From Blastocystis sp. Blastoise (taxonomy: Eukaryota > Protista > Bigyra: Opalinata): a stretch of DNA of 64,000 bases. The notes under the pieces are model-generated. The model ran no database searches, was not told the origin of the DNA, and saw only the letters and a program-made list of their open reading frames with translations. Location of the stretch: NCBI GenBank assembly GCA_039096225.1, contig JBBPEB010000007.1, positions 992,001-1,056,000 of the forward strand, in the 5' to 3' direction. Below are positions 40,760 to 53,590 of this stretch, one piece after another. Both the position numbers and the translations under genes were made by a program. How positions within the stretch are numbered: the first letter of the stretch is position 1; the number at the start of each line of letters is the position of its first letter.

Positions 40760-42599
40760 CAATTACATAACTAATTCTTTATATATAGGTATCAATAATT
40801 ATATTATATTAATTTTTTCAAAAATTATCTATTCAAATAGATGAAGATAAATTAGATCAATTACTATTTTTTCTTTACATATGTATTTATTTCATCATTG
40901 AATGCATTGATAATATATAGATCAATCAAAAATAGCATTCAAAATAATCTTTTTAACAAAAAGAGACACAATAACATTCAATTACTTCTTAAGTGTATTA
41001 TAAAACAAAATAATCTTCTCAAAAGATTATTCAAGTCGTTTTATAATGAGTATATGTGAAAAATTAGTTTAGTTCAAAATAATAATTCTCATTTTTCAAA
41101 ATTATATTATCAAATGATTCTGCGTAATTTTTTTTTCATATAACCACTATACCCTTTTACACAAGAAAATAATCATTTAAATACATTTTTAAGTTGATAA
41201 ACAATAAATTAAGAATTTATTCTTGTTAAAAAACAAAATTCTTAGAAAATATTACTAGAATCATACAAATAATCAATGCAACTATTCAATTATACACCTT
41301 TAACGTGATTTAAGACAAGTCATAAAAATGGAGATTCTCAATATTTTATATTTTTTAACTAATTGATATTTTAATAACTTTTAAACTTCATTTAAACACT
41401 AAATATGTAATATAATATGTTTTTGTCATTTTCGAAATTAGAATATGTATTTCAAATAATTTTAGTTTTACTAAAAATCACTTAAAATGAATACACAGAG
41501 TTTGTAGACAATAAATAAATTATGAATAAAACTATATATCGATATAAGACTTTTTTTGACAAAAAAGTGATTTTTGCATTTGTTTTATAATAAACTATCA
41601 ACACGACTCCGACTATTCAACTAAAAATATATAAAATATGATTTTTGTTTGTTTATACGTATATTTGATAATAGTAAGTCCTTGAATACTAGAAAAAGTT
41701 CTTGCTGAGTAATTATAAAATACTATTTTGATTTGTTTTTGATATTATTTAAATGAAAAACACTATTTGCATGAAAAAATGCTTACTCTATGTATTTCAA
41801 GTCTATTTAAAGGTATTAGAAGACTTTAACTTGATTCCAATTATTGCTTTAATTCACTTTTAAAATGTTTTTACCACTCTCTTTGTCATATTATGATAAC
41901 AGATTAATAAAAAATCGGGACAAATACATTAAAAAGATAATATTTCATAACATTTTTCGACTCTAGACCTTTTTATCTTCATTTTCTTTATTTTATAATT
42001 TTATTGAAGATATGTGATAAAACTGATTCTTTAAATAATGATTCAGGCAATCATTCTGGATTATATAAATGACTTTTATTCTGGAAATAGAAGTTTCAGA
42101 GTCTTCTCTATAAGTCTGTATTGTAACCTATATTTATTTTTTAAAAGACTTATACTTACTGAGTGATACTAAAAATAATTTTGACAATTAAGGATAAAAA
42201 TCACTCTTCCATAGTCAAAACTGATTATAAAATGATATAATGATAAATAACTATATAATTCTTTAAAATAAAACAATTTTTGTATTACTTATGATAATTA
42301 TGATAAATTGAAAATAACAATAACAATATCCATTTTCCTCATAGAAATAAAATTTTTCTTTCTCTTTTATTCTTAACCATTCATTTTTCTTATGATGAAG
42401 ATTCTCTATATTTAGTAGATATGAGATTATTCATGTTTATTTTCATTATTTCAGCTATATCTTCTAAATTCCTATTACACCCTTTTATAACAAAACAAAA
42501 TGCTACATGACTTATCACATATTTATTTTATTATATCTTATATGATTAATATGATATATTATTAAATTTTATTTTTATTTTATTATATATGATACTATT

Positions 42600-43400
42600 A
42601 TGATGGTAGGTGTTTGCTGTTTCTTTATATTTTATTTTTTCTACTCTATTCATTCATTTTTCTATTGTAGCTGTCTCTGCTTGGTGTTTTGACACTTGCT
42701 GGTCTCCTTAAACGTTCTGGTCCTTCTTGTGTGTGGTCGTGGCTCTCTTATAGATGGGTTCTTTAGGTCTAGAATGGAAGGAATCAATGTTAAAAGAAGG
42801 TATATATCATCTATATTATCTATTACATATTATATAACTAACCCCACTTTATATTTATATAGCATTAATGTATATATTTATATTTTATTATTCTATATTA
42901 ATTTACTTTATTATATATTATTATATTATATAACTTACTCTATCTTTATATAGGTTTCCAGGGGTTCCGTTGCTGTCGTTGTTGTTAATTGGAGAGAATG
43001 GTTTATAAAAAGTATATATATATATTTAATTATATTGTTTTATTCATTATACTATTTATCATATATCTTTTATAGGATGGTTCTTTGTCTTTGATTCCTT
43101 GCCTGTCTTGTAATGATTAGAAAAGGTATATATTTTTTATTTTATTATTATTTTAAAATGTTATATATATATTATTATTAGTAATACTTAACTAATATCA
43201 TCTCTTTATATAGGTTGCTTAGGCTTAAATGCAAATTAAAGACTGAAACTGTCCTGGTTGAAATATTATAAATTAAATATTATATATATTTTATTATATT
43301 ATTTATTATATGTTTTATTATCTTTTTTTTATATATTTATTATTATTGTTTTCTATTATTTGTTTTTATGATTATTTGATAATATTTAATTTGTTTGTTT
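42600..43400 (+). ncRNA. Putative multi-exon lncRNA or microprotein transcript (exons 42671-42799, possible 42863-42869, 42954-43011, 43076-43125, 43214-~43270)
   Basis: GC-richer blocks separated by AT-only spacers with host-type GTATAT donors and TATAG acceptors; only ORFs of about 33-42 aa after joining; GT-rich tract at 43391-43404. Confidence 0.6.
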
Positions 43401-43560
43401 TGTTATATCGTTTATTATTACACCACAAAAAGAATAAAAAAACCAATAAATGAAAAAATAGAGAATATTTAAAACCATTTTTATTCGCCAATTATTGTTT
43501 TAAGGTGCGTCATACTTTTGCACTGCTTTTCGATTTTATAAAATCACTGAAACTCTGACA

Positions 43561-43773
43561 AAAAATTTCACTGCTCACCACTGGGGAAACCAAAGCAAAA
43601 AAGTCGTTGGACCTTTTGTCAGCTACCCTTTAAAATTTTTTCACTGCTCCACCACTGGGGAAACCAAACAGAAAAATCAAATAACCTTTTGTCAGCTACA
43701 TATTTAAAAATTTTCACTGCTCACCACTGGGGAAACCAAAACAAAAAAGTCGTTGGACCTTTTGACAGAAACC
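43561..43773 (+). repeat. Three tandem 73-bp subterminal repeats adjacent to right TIR
   Basis: TCACTGCTC(C)ACCACTGGGGAAACCAAA...CCTTTTG(T/A)CAG starting at 43568, 43641 and 43714. Confidence 0.95.
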
Positions 43774-44081
43774 TGAAAAAATGTCCATAGTGTAAACCTT
43801 TAAAACCACATTTTAACTACGAATATTTCTATATAAAATAATTTATATCCCTTTTTATTAATGTTGGTTAAGATATATTATAAAAAAAGAATGATAATCT
43901 CATAAATAGATAAAAACACAATAGAATTAGGTTGTTAGTAAAATAACCACAAATATTGGAGCTCAATGACAAATGCCTTGGTCATCCAATCAAATAGCAG
44001 AGTCTTTCTGATTTCTTTATTGGCTAAAAGAATGTCTCAAAATTACACATAGAATAATTTTATTGTTGTTCCTGAACTAGA

Positions 44082-44817
44082 ATGGATTCTGAAGTTTGTC
44101 AAAAAGCTATCGCTCTCTATAAGAAGCATTTCAATGAAGAACCTGAAACTGCTGTTATGGCTCCTGGTCGTGTCAACCTCATTGGTGAACATACCGATTA
44201 TAATGATGGCTTTGTTTGTCCCTTAGCTATTCACCTTGCTACTTGCATTGTTGGTAAGAAACTTGATTCTAACAAATGTATTGTTATTTCTGGTGCTCTT
44301 GGTGAAGACATGAAAGCTGAATTCAATGGTGATGATAGTCTTGCTCCTTCTGAAAAGGTTGAATGGTATGAATATGTTAAGGTATGTTTATATATTTTTG
44401 TTTTCTCATTTTTTGTTTCTCAAATACATTTATGTATCATATTGAAAATAATTTTAATTTATTAAATATTAATATAGGGTGTTGTTGCTCAATACATTAA
44501 GGAATTCAATCTTCCTCAAGTTGGTTTCCAAGTTGCTTGTTTCTCTAATGTTCCTCTTGGTGGTGGTTTATCTAGTTCTGCTTCTCTTGAAGTTGCTATT
44601 GGTACATTCATTGAAGAAATCTTTGGACTTGAACATGATGGTAAAAAGAGAGCTCTCTTATCTCAAGAAGCTGAACATGAATATGCTCATGTACCTTGTG
44701 TATATATTATTATATTCTTTTTATTTTGTTTTTATTTTTATTTTGTTTTTATTTTTATTTTTATTTTTATTTTTATTTTTATTTTTATTTTTATTTTTAT
44801 TTTTATGTTTATTATGT

Positions 44818-44858
<41 letters not shown>

Positions 44859-45844
44859 CTATAGGTGGTATAATGGATCAATTTATTTCTTCTTGTGGTG
44901 AAAAAGATCATGCTTTACTTATTGATTGTAGATCTAAGGAAACTGAATTAGTTCCTCTTACAAATCCTGATGTCTCTATTGTTGTTACTAATTCTAATTG
45001 TAAACATTCTTTAACTGGTTCTGAATACCCTGAAAGAGTTGCTGCTTGTAAGAAAGCTGTTGAAATCATTAAAGGAAAATATCCTGAAGTTATTGCTTTA
45101 AGAGATGTTACTATTGAAATGTTAGATGAAGTCAAGGATCAACTTGATGAAGTCACTTATAGAAGAGCTCTTCATGTATATTATTATGCTATATTATTAT
45201 TATTATTATTATTATATTTATTATTATTATTATGTTTATTAATTAATAGAAAAAATAAATTATTATTGCATCCCTTTTTATAGTCTATTACTGAAGATAT
45301 TCGTACTAAGAAATGTGTTGAATGTTTAAAGAATAATGATTATGAAGGTGCTGGTCAATATTTATATCAATCTCATGAATCTCTTAAGGATAATTATGAA
45401 GTTACTACTGAAGAATTAGATATTCTCGTAGAACTTGCTAAACAAGTTCCTGGAGTATTTGGTGCTAGAATGACTGGAGGTGGTTTCGGTGGTTGTACTA
45501 TTACTTTAGTTAAGAAATCTGCTGAAGAAGCTCTTATTAATCAATTAAAGAAAGGTTATAAAGAAGCTACTGGTAAGGATTGTACTATTTTCGCTACTCG
45601 TCCTTCTCAAGGTGCTCATGTTATCTCTCTTACATCTACTCCTGCTCCTGCCGCTGTTGCTCCTAAAACTGAAGTAGCTCCTAAGTGTGAAAACTGTACT
45701 GTCTGTAAGTGTTCTTGTTGCCCTTTCAAATGGCTCTCTAAGGTTTCCAAGAATATTTTTGGCTGTAGATTTGCTCTTCCTGTTACTCTCCTTGTTGCTG
45801 CTGGTTGGACTGCTTACTATTTCATCTCCAAGAAGAAGAATTAA
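44082..45844 (+). CDS. GALK: Galactokinase (GHMP) with C-terminal Cys-rich linker and hydrophobic tail; 4 exons
   Basis: APGRVNLIGEHTDYNDG, PLGGGLSSSAS, VPCGIMDQ, LLIDCRS and GARMTGGGFGGC motifs. Confidence 0.95.
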
Positions 45845-46436
45845 ACAAGAACCGTTTTTTTACCGTAATTATTCGTAACATTTCTTTATTTTTTTTTTTA
45901 ATTCGTTTTGTTTGACTTCTCCTTTGCTTTAATAGCTCTGTTTTAATACAATTAAACATAAATCAGTTCTAAATAAACACATTTTTGTTTCAAAAAGAAA
46001 AATTCTTCATAAACACATGTTTTCATAGGGGAGCCAACTTCTGTTTTTCTATTAGCGAATGATTATTCATTTTTTATATATTAACCAATAAAATCTTCTT
46101 AAAGTTCTACAAAAATATTAATGAGGGATTTTATTGGATAACGATAAGTGTGGAAATAATCTCAATTAATGATTCTCCATTTTTCGTGAATATTTTTAAA
46201 AAATATCTTAAAAAACAAAATTTTTCAAATGAATGAATATTACAGAAAACAACGCCTCTTTCCCAAAAGGAGCATCCACTGGACTGCACCAAATTTGAAC
46301 CAAAAATTCTATGATTTTCAAGAGTTTTTATTCAGAAATCTGATACCTGTACAGAAAACGAAAAACCAGAACCACACACACTCTCTCTTGCGCATTCTTC
46401 TCAGAATTATTTTTTCCTTTTTACTTCAAGTAGAGT

Positions 46437-47463
46437 ATGAACCCTCAAAATTGTTCTGCTTTAATGTATATATATGAGCTCCTTATTATAATTATATGAA
46501 AATAGGGCTACTAGTGCCGCTCCTGAACATAATGCTAGATATTATGGTCTCTGTTGTATTGGTGGTATCCTTGCCTGTGGTACTACTCATACCAGTATGC
46601 TCTTTTAAAACATATTGACCAACAATGACTATTGTTTCCTTTATATAGGTATTACTCCTCTTGATTTAGTAAAATGTACTATGCAAACCAACCCTGGCAA
46701 GTATTCTTCTCTCCTTGATGGTTTGAAGAAGAGTGTTAAGACTGGTATCAATCGTAACGGTATCTACAAGGGTTGGCAACCAACTTTTATTGGTTATTCC
46801 ATTCAAGGTTGTTTCAAGTTTGGTTTCTATGAAATCTTCAAAGATTTATACACTAAGCTTGCTGGTGAAGAAAGAGCTAAACATTATAAGAATACTTTAT
46901 ATTTATCTGCTTCTGCTTCTGCTGAATTCTTCGCTGATATGGGTTTATGTCCTATGGAAACTGTAAAGGTCCGTATTCAAACTTCTCCTGCTGAAGTCAA
47001 CTATCCTACTAAACTTGGTCCTGCTCTTAAGGGTATTACTAGTACTGAAGGTTTTGGTGGACTTTACAAAGGTCTTGTTCCTCTTTGGTGTAGACAAATT
47101 CCTTACACTATGGTTAAGTTTGCTCTTTTCGAAAACGTTGTTGCTCTTTTCTATAAATATGCTTTCACTAAACCTCGTGAATCTTATTCTAAGGCTACTC
47201 AACTTTGTGTTACTTTCATGTCTGGTTATATTGCTGGTATTTTCTGTGCTATTGTCTCTCATCCTGCTGATTCCGTTATGTCTAAGCTTTGTACTACTGA
47301 AGGTGGTAAGATTGGACCTATTATTAAAGAATTAGGTTGGAAGGGTATGTGGAATGGTCTTGCTACTCGTATTCTTATGATTGGTACACTTACTGGTCTT
47401 CAATGGTGGATTTATGATACCTGGAAAGTCTTCTGTGGATTTGGTTCTTCTGGTGGTCACTAA
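46437..47463 (+). CDS. Mitochondrial phosphate carrier (SLC25A3/MIR1 family); 3 exons
   Basis: GGILACGTTH, TPLDLVK, GYSIQGCFKFGFYE, RQIPYTMVKF, SHPADS and MIGTLTGLQWWIYD motifs. Confidence 0.95.
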
Positions 47464-47675
47464 ACGCATTAATTTTTGTCTTTATTAACCTGTATATCGT
47501 AACTAATATAATTAAATCAGTTTTTGAAACTATATATTGTGTTTTGTTTATGTTTTTTTTTTCAATATTATTATTATTATTAGATTTCTTTTAACAACAA
47601 ATAAAAGAACTAAATTTTATTTTTAAAAGAAACAAATGACCCATGTATATACAATTTTCTTCTTTTTTAAACAAT

Positions 47676-48104
47676 TTACATAATATTGCTATGTGTCGGC
47701 TTCATATTTAATTTTTTTAAGAATGCTTCATTTCTTTGTTGTAAATCAACACCTACAAATCCCCAGTGACTCAATTTTGCCTTATCTTCAGAAACACTAT
47801 GGCCTTCAACAAGTTCACCTTTTTCATTTACAATATATGTAGTGCTTTCAGTTTTAGTAGAAGGGACTCTAGGAGTAATCATACGAAGAAACCCAAGTCT
47901 TGATTTTCCTTTTTCCATTAATGATGCAATTTCTGCTTCATCTGTTTTATTCATATTCTGATGAAATGTCTCTCGTATCTCTTTTAAGGCTTGTGGTTGT
48001 TGTTCTATTGGCTAATGTATAATTATAATAGAATTAAATAATGTACATACAAGTCTTTTACTCACTTGAATTAGTTCCTTATATAAATGACGCACAGCAG
48101 ACAT
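47676..48104 (-). CDS. LYR-motif (Complex1_LYR-like) small mitochondrial protein; 2 exons
   Basis: MSAVRHLYKELIQVSKRL|P...EIRETFHQN matches the LYR/K plus downstream F pattern; one GT-AG intron. Confidence 0.75.
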
Positions 48105-48300
48105 ATTTTTATGATTTATATGTATATATAAAGGAATAATGCCTGAAAATAATATTTTGAAAAGAAAATTCTTATATAAAAAGAACTCTTTTCTAAATGA
48201 AAACCTTTTTTATTTCTTTTATTTATCATTGATATATTTTCTTATTTTATTTTATTTTTCTATATTGAGTTGAATACGTTGTTACATATTTATTAAAAAT

Positions 48301-49290
48301 ATGTCTCAACAACAACAAATTATCAATCAATCTCCATTCTTTTCTGTTAAAAAATCTCAAATAATTGATAGTTCACAACCAACTGAAACAACATGTGGTA
48401 TTTATAATAATATTTTTTGATAAATAAATACTTTTAGCAATTTGCCTCCAAGATGTAGTTGATAGAGGAAAATTAAATTGTTGTGATCATATTTTTTGTT
48501 TTTCTTGTATTATGGAATGGGCAAAGGTATAATAATTTTTATTAATTTCTCTTGATTATCTAGGTAACAAATTTATGTCCTTTATGTAAACAACGATTTA
48601 ATGATATAGATCATATTGAAAAAATAAAAGTATATAGGCATGAATTCGTTATCATTCTAATGCTTATTCATTTTATAGAATATTCAATCTTCAATTGTGG
48701 AGGAACATGTTCAAGTTGAAGATCGTAATCAAGGTGATGGTGAAGAGGAAGAAGAATCTTATCTTGATTCAGATGATTTAGATGCGTATTATTATTATTT
48801 ATATATCTTAAAAATTAATATTATATATATTTATTTGAATATCTATTAGGATGGAAAATGATTATATTTTAGATGATTTTGTCGTTGCTGATGATGCACC
48901 TGTTCTATTTGAAACACAAAGTATATTTATATTTTTAATTTTTTAAATACTTTTTTAAAAATATTATATATATATATTATATATATATTATATATCTTAC
49001 AATATAGCTCAAACTTTAGAAAGAATAGATTCATTATTGGTGTCACATGATAGTACGGTGCGTCATAGTGAACCTAGATATCAACATACAACAAGTAATG
49101 CGTCATCTCTACGACAGACGCGTCATCGGCGAAGGCTACTACAGTATATTTGTGATTCTTTTATTCTATATTTGTTTTTCATTTCTTTATATATATATAT
49201 ATTCTTTGCTTATTACTATGAAGAAATAAGAATTATTCTATATATATAGAAGAAATAGAAGTTCTTCTTCTCATCGACCTCGAAGGAGAC

Positions 49291-49331
<41 letters not shown>

Positions 49332-49496
49332 CTATAGTTATTCATCATGTTATTGATACTAGTTCATCCAGTGATTCTGATGATATTATTGAGTATATAT
49401 ATATATCATAATTAAATATTATTGGATATACTATTCATATATATATATATATTCAATTTTTATATTTATTCAACCTATAATAAAGGAATATATCTG

Positions 49497-49539
<43 letters not shown>

Positions 49540-52500
49540 TACGGAGTAGTTCTCCTCCTTCTTCTTCTCTTCCTTCTGCTGCTACTGTATCAACATCTAT
49601 ATATAATAATTCTACTCTAAAAAGTCCTGAAGAAGACATTATTTCTCATTCAGATTTATCTTTATTTCGACATCCTACTACTAGTTCTACTTCTCTAATA
49701 AATAATATGACTGTCACATCACCATCTCGATATACGTCACTTTATTCTAAAAGTATCAATACTAACTGTAATAATAAATTATCAGAGAAACAATCTCAAC
49801 TTTCAAAATATTCTCCTTCTATCCCAAATATAAATAATTCGACACATATTCAAAATAAACAACAAATAAATCCTTCTTTATCTCCTATACCATCACAAGA
49901 TAATCACCATGACTCATCATCTCTTCAGTCTCCTTCTTCTTGTTTTTCATCTTATATTCCTTCTTCTCCTTCTTCTTCTGCTATTCTTTCTAATTCTTTC
50001 TCTTCTCCTCCTCTTCATAATGCTTCTTTATTTTATATTCCTCCATCACCTTCTTCTTTACCTTCTTCTCATTCTATTCATAATACTATATCTCTCTATA
50101 ATTCTATTCCTAAATCGATCTCTTCTCAACCTATTGATATTGATATAGACTTAACGAATGAAACACAAGAAGTGATTTCTAATTCAAAACCAACACTTCA
50201 TTCTTCATCAGTATCTACTAATAATATACCATCATTATATACACCCAATATACAATCTATACCTATAGATTCATCTATTCATAATATATCATCATTATAT
50301 ACACCCAATATACAATCAATACCTATGGATTCATCTATTCATACTATACCATCATTATATACACCTAAGAAAGATCATGATTTATGTATTCCTTCTTCTG
50401 TACCTCTAAAGAGACAAGAATGCTTTCTTTCTCATGATAGTCAAGATGAAGGAATTATAGAAGATTCAATAGTATCTTCTGATATATCATTGATATGTAA
50501 TAATACAACTGATCCAACCATAAATAATACAAGAGAAAACAGTATTTATAAACTTCCTCATGTCTCTACAACATATTTAAAACATTGTAAGAATGAAGAT
50601 GCAAATCTAAATACTGACAATCTATCTACTCTATGTTCCAATAAACAGATACTAGAGAATGATAAAGAAAAGATACTCACTACTCAGTCTATAGATATTC
50701 ATTCTATTCCTTCAAAATATATAATTAATAATAAACAAAATACTCTATCCTCTCCTCAGAATACATTTAATAAAACTTATAACAAAACTCTAAGCAATAC
50801 ATCTACATTAAAGAATCAAAAACATGTACAGAATCCTTCTCGATTACTAAAGAAACCTTGTCCTTCTATCATCCCTTCTCTCCATAATCAATCGGATTCT
50901 ACTATAAATACTATACTACCTATATCTACAAATACTACTTTAAACAAAACAAATAATAATATAGAAAATAAAAATACTCTAGGATATTCTCCTATTTCTC
51001 CTTCTTATTCTAGTATCTCTACTTCATCCTCTTCTATAAATGCTACTCCTTCTCTATCTACAAATATATTTACAAATATATCTACAAATATATCTTCAAA
51101 TATATCTTCAAATATATCTTCAAATATATCTTCAAATATATCTTCAAATATATCTTCAAATCCTATAACACAATCATCTCTTCCTTCTTCTACTTTACAA
51201 ACTATTAGTAAGCTTCCTACTACATTATTAAATATATCTGATTTCTCTCCTTTTAAATATCAACAAAACAATCTATATACAACTAAAGCATGTCAACCAA
51301 GTCTTATGTCTCCCTTTGTTTCTAAAGAACAACTTGTTTCTACTTCTCCTTTGTTGACATCATTAAATATTTCTTCTTCTTCTTCTTCTCTTCCATTATC
51401 ACTATCTCTTCATCTTACTCCTAATACAAGTGAAGAAACAAACAAGGATTGTATTCACAATGAGAATGATGATATATATATTCCCCTTCAATCACCTCTA
51501 GTATCTCCTCTATCTCCTATATACCCTTTAAAACGTAAATTATTTGATGATGATTCTAACGATACTTATAATTCTAAAGATATTATTCTATCTGAAACAA
51601 CCTCTAAGAAAAGGAAATCGAGTCTTTCATGCTATCAAGACATTCAAAATAGTAATAATAATCAGTATGATATGAATCTATCTATTTCAAAAGAAAATGA
51701 ACAAAATAAAAGTGAAATGAGTAATAAAAATGTCATTTCATCTTCAGATACTAAATCTCCTTCGAAAACAAATAATTCGAATTCTATAGAGAATCAGAAA
51801 TGTGAGAATAGTATTATTAGTAATAATAGTTTTATAAATAAAACGGAAACATTAGTAGAGGAAAAAGTATTATCTGATATTCCTATTGGTCATTCTTATT
51901 CAAATTCTACAATACATAGGATTAATAAGGGAAATAATAATGAAAGTGATTTAGATTATAAGGAGAATTTGATGAATAATAATAATAATGTTGATAAAAA
52001 TGTAGATAATAAAGAGTATAATAATCACAATTCCTTTTCCCAAGAATCGTCAAAAATAATAAAAAAGAATAATTCTATTTCTCTAGATATTTCATGTGAT
52101 AAAATAAATAATATCAATTCTAACATTTTGTCTTCATCTCCATCTCTCTCTCCATCTATTTCTCTTCCTTCTATATCATTATCAATACCTTATGAAAAAA
52201 AATCAAAATATTTTTCAAATTCTATTCCTTCAAAAGATCAAGTAAATAAACATCATAATTATGCAGATAGTCATTCATCATTATCTTCAAATATAAATTC
52301 GAATTCACAATCGATAAATATACAAAAATCACCCATTTTCATTAAAAATCAATCAACAAAGTTAAAAAGAACAGTATCGACTCCTTCAAAAAGTAGATTT
52401 GAAGAAGAAGAAATATCACCTGTTATTGTTCTACGAAAGAGAAAATCAACTTCTGATGTATTTTCTCAAATATCAAAGAATAAAACACTTGCTATTAATT

Positions 52501-53092
52501 ACTCAAACGGTAATAAAAATGATTGTAAAGATATTCAAAATAATCAAATGAAAAAACAAATAAATAAAAGTAATATATCACTAGTTGACTCAGTATCTTC
52601 ACCTAGTCCTCCTCTATCCTCTTTATCTCTTGCAGATTCATTATTGTTTAATATGTCTCAACATGGAAAAGGAAATAAAAAATTGTCTAATGACACTATT
52701 CGTAAACAGTCTTCAACTAGTCAAACTATTTCTAGAAATAATTCTAATTCTTCATGTGAAAAAGATAATAACAAAAAGAGTGATACAAAAAGTGAGAAAG
52801 AGAAAAATTCAAATTTATCAATCAGTAATGATAATAATAATGTATCTTCATTGGATGATCAGTCACCATTAAGTCAATTTGAATCAACACTAAATAAATA
52901 TAAATTCTTAAACGTATCTATATATATTATTAATGATATTTATTATTTTATTTTAAATAAGAATAATACTTTTCTGTAATACAATCCAATAATTACATTA
53001 CTCTATAGTCAACTCAAACAATTATTCCTGAAAGTCCTTTATCTACATCAAAAAGTCGTAGCATATGTAATTCCATAAATCCATTTCCATAA
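48301..53092 (+). CDS. N-terminal C3HC4 RING-finger protein with long disordered S/N-rich region
   Basis: Spliced CAICL...CCDHIFCFSCIMEWAKVTNLCPLCK; frame continuous through small exons into the ~3.4-kb exon and a last exon ending TAA at 53090-53092. Confidence 0.85.
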
Positions 53093-53590
53093 TTGATATG
53101 AACAACACTATTTTTAAATATTTTTTAAAATTTTTCTTTACTTTTCGTCTTTTTTAAACATATATTTGTTTCTAGGCAATATAATTTGTATTTATTATGT
53201 ACGTTTATTTATATATAGAATCTTCTTCTTCTTATATGCTATTTTATTTATAAGTTCTAACAATGTTTCTCTGATAAACCTTGGAAAAAGGAGAAGTAGA
53301 TATTCTTCTATATTGGGAAGTGTTTTAAATATTATTTTTAAGTTTTTTTGAATCATATGAATATTCTATTATGTTTTGTCTCTTCTGATAGTTATATACG
53401 CTTTCTTTAAATATAAGATATTATAGAAAGAAAAACTTTCATAACATTTTAACCCTCAAAACAAAAGTAACAATAGTTCTCGATTTTTTTTGACGAAGAA
53501 AAAGAGAATTTTCTATTTATATCTTACTCTTGTGTTTTTTTTGTCTTTCTCCACGACAGGGTAGACTAAAGAAAAAATAAATATATTGTG

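Larger units (their letters stand above)
35242..43792. mobile_element. Non-autonomous CACTA (En/Spm-like) DNA transposon, 8551 bp
   Basis: Left end CACTATGGACATTTT (35242-35256) and right end AAAATGTCCATAGTG (43778-43792) form a perfect 15-bp inverted repeat. TAA flanks both sides (35239-35241, 43793-43795). Subterminal repeats at both ends; no transposase ORF seen. Confidence 0.8.

Noticed and set aside
41140-42220. Possible nested degenerate CACTA-like element (CACTATA at ~41145, CCATAGTC at ~42209)
   Set aside because: Ends do not form a convincing inverted repeat and there is no TSD.
43561-43773. CRISPR-like appearance of the 73-bp array
   Set aside because: The spacers are themselves repeated, the context is eukaryotic, there are no cas genes, and the array abuts a TIR.
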